A stretch of 64,000 bases of DNA from positions 62,001-126,000 of the forward strand of contig NW_024055462.1 in assembly GCF_902713615.1 (NCBI RefSeq), given 5' to 3'. The notes below the pieces were generated by a model, which was given only the letters and a program-made list of their open reading frames with translations, was not told the DNA's origin and did not search any database. The position numbers were made by a program, and so were the translations under genes. How positions within the stretch are numbered: the stretch's first letter is position 1; each line of letters starts with the position of its first letter. The DNA comes from Scyliorhinus canicula (lineage: Eukaryota). This document shows, piece after piece, positions 62,401-64,000 of this stretch.

Positions 62401-64000
62401 ACAGAACCAGTTAGGAGAAAGGTACATATATCAGATTCAGGAAAACTCTATGAACACATTTCGCTTGTCATTATATTTCGAGATTGGAGGGAATCTTTGC
62501 TAATTCTGAACATGGATATCATCGTGGCATTTTTCTCATATAACTGATGAAGAGACAAATGTCCAAAACAACTACTTACTGGAATCCGTTGTTCTATTTA
62601 CATCTTTATCTCTATTTCTGTGCTGTGTCGGTGGGGCTATAGATGTTGTTGATAATGTCAGTCCACAATCTAATCTGGCACTTCTATTTCTGTGTTTATT
62701 TACATAAACACCTCACTGGTCACAATGAAGTGTTCATGTCAGCAAAACGAGATAAACACATTCATGCATTGATTAGTTTCACTCAAAATAGCAGTTTATT
62801 TTAAGCATATTGACAGTATAATAAAATGTATAGAAACTTCCATTAGAACAGCTGTTACTTAATTGAAATAAAAATACGTTTAAATTAAGTATCTTTCTGA
62901 AAGTTCTGATGCCTCAATTAATAAAGCATCTTTAACCAGGCTGTTATTCCACTGAATGTTAATTTGATTGAAATATTAACCGATTTAAAGTAGATGAATT
63001 CAAACATCAGGCAGAGGACAGTCACATCAATCTCAGATATTTCAACATATTAAACTTACATTTTAAAATGTTAACATTTGGAAAAAGCTTGTTTTGTAAA
63101 ACGCTTTACCCGACCTCAGGTCATCCCAAAGCCCTTAAACTCACTGATATATTTTTGCTGAATTTAGTCACTGCTGTAGTGTTGGAAACAGAGCAGGGAA
63201 TTTGCGAACAGCAAGCTCCAACAAACTGAGATGTGATAAGTTACCAACTAATCTGTGATTTTAGATGAAGAACGGACATTGGTCGAGGACACTGGGAAAA
63301 TCAGCTCTACTCTTTTGAATTATGTCAATGAGGTAGTCCACCTGAAATGTGAATCTGTTTCTCTCTCTGCTGATGCTCACTGATCTGCTGAGCTCTTTTT
63401 GTTTGTGTTTCAGATTTCCGGAATTTGCAGCACTTTGCAGTTTTTAAAATTCATTATCGGCATCTGACCCTCACTGGCAAAATCAGGACGGTTTCCTAAT
63501 TAATCAATGTTCCGATGGCAGGGGAAGCCAGAACGAGGTCTAAGGATACGGGGTAAAGCATTTAGGACTGAGATGAGGAGCAATATTTTCACCCTGGGAG
63601 TCGTGAACCTGTGGAATTCTCTACCACAGAACGAAGTTAAGTCCAAAGTATTGTATGTTTTCTAGAAGGAGTTAGATAAAGCTCTTGGGGAATAAAAACT
63701 CTGAAGGGATCAAATGATATCGGGGAAAGTGGGAACAGGATACTGAGGTGGATGATCAGCCATGATCAGAATGAATAGCGGAGCAGGCTTGACGAGCAGA
63801 ATGATCTACTCCTGCTCTATTTTCTATGTCACTGTATTACATGAAATCGATTTCTTCTCATGTTGAATGAGACCCTGTCTTTATTTCTATTAAAGTAACC
63901 CCTGCCCCTGTCTATACTATATTCTTCTGTTTGTGCTACACTCAATTATAATACGCTATAACATGCATAGGATTATATTACATTAAGTACCGCCTCTTTT
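56490..64000 (+). repeat. Older direct segmental duplication: about 56490-57800 with 62170-63430, and about 59545-60000 with 63515-64000
   Basis: Collinear non-TE and CR1-tail sequence at roughly 85-90% identity by eye. Confidence 0.8.
60960..61285 (-). mobile_element. tRNA-derived SINE
   Basis: Close match to 18655-18905 and 18181-18520. Additional copies at about 60115-60245 (-) and 61510-61760 (+). Confidence 0.75.

Noticed and set aside
62324-62421. Possible 98-nt exon (AERIYWAHVDFKLSNKDNDPSWRDMRQNQLGE) with frame kept in the duplicate at about 56642
   Set aside because: No polypyrimidine tract, both splice sites are absent in the other copy, and no recognisable protein family.

Overview
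Cartilaginous-fish (shark, catshark-like) genomic DNA. The core is one complete IgM heavy-chain cluster on the minus strand in unrearranged germline layout: L (42710-42666), VH (42537-42231), D1, D2, JH (41026-40975), a 13-kb intron, Cmu1-4 with secretory tail, then TM1 and TM2. The RSS order is V23 / 12-D1-22 / 12-D2-12 / J. All constant and TM exons are intact and splice in phase. L, V and J carry small frameshifts, but they lie in a zone (about 41-52.4 kb) where internal controls suggest uncorrected long-read indels. Left of the cluster are a young LTR element (tRNA-Lys PBS, 1.4-kb LTRs, no long ORF; the window starts inside its 3' LTR) and a C2H2 zinc-finger gene broken by a CR1 LINE that itself contains a SINE, with further ZNF remnants nearby. 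Right of the cluster are a 2.5-kb inverted duplication, a near-intact Penelope-like (Neptune-type) retroelement with hammerhead-like motifs and a 13-bp TSD, and an older direct duplication. The most interesting observations: (i) an AGCT-dense tandem array plus a G-rich repeat just upstream of Cmu1, where tetrapod switch-mu regions lie; (ii) a PU.1/Ets-motif minisatellite between the secretory and TM exons; (iii) a hairpin-shaped mini-Penelope that captured 32 bp of nearby intron; (iv) a possibly foamy-like non-autonomous retroviral element with palindromic leader repeats. Species identity and all functional roles are inferences; no database searches were run.
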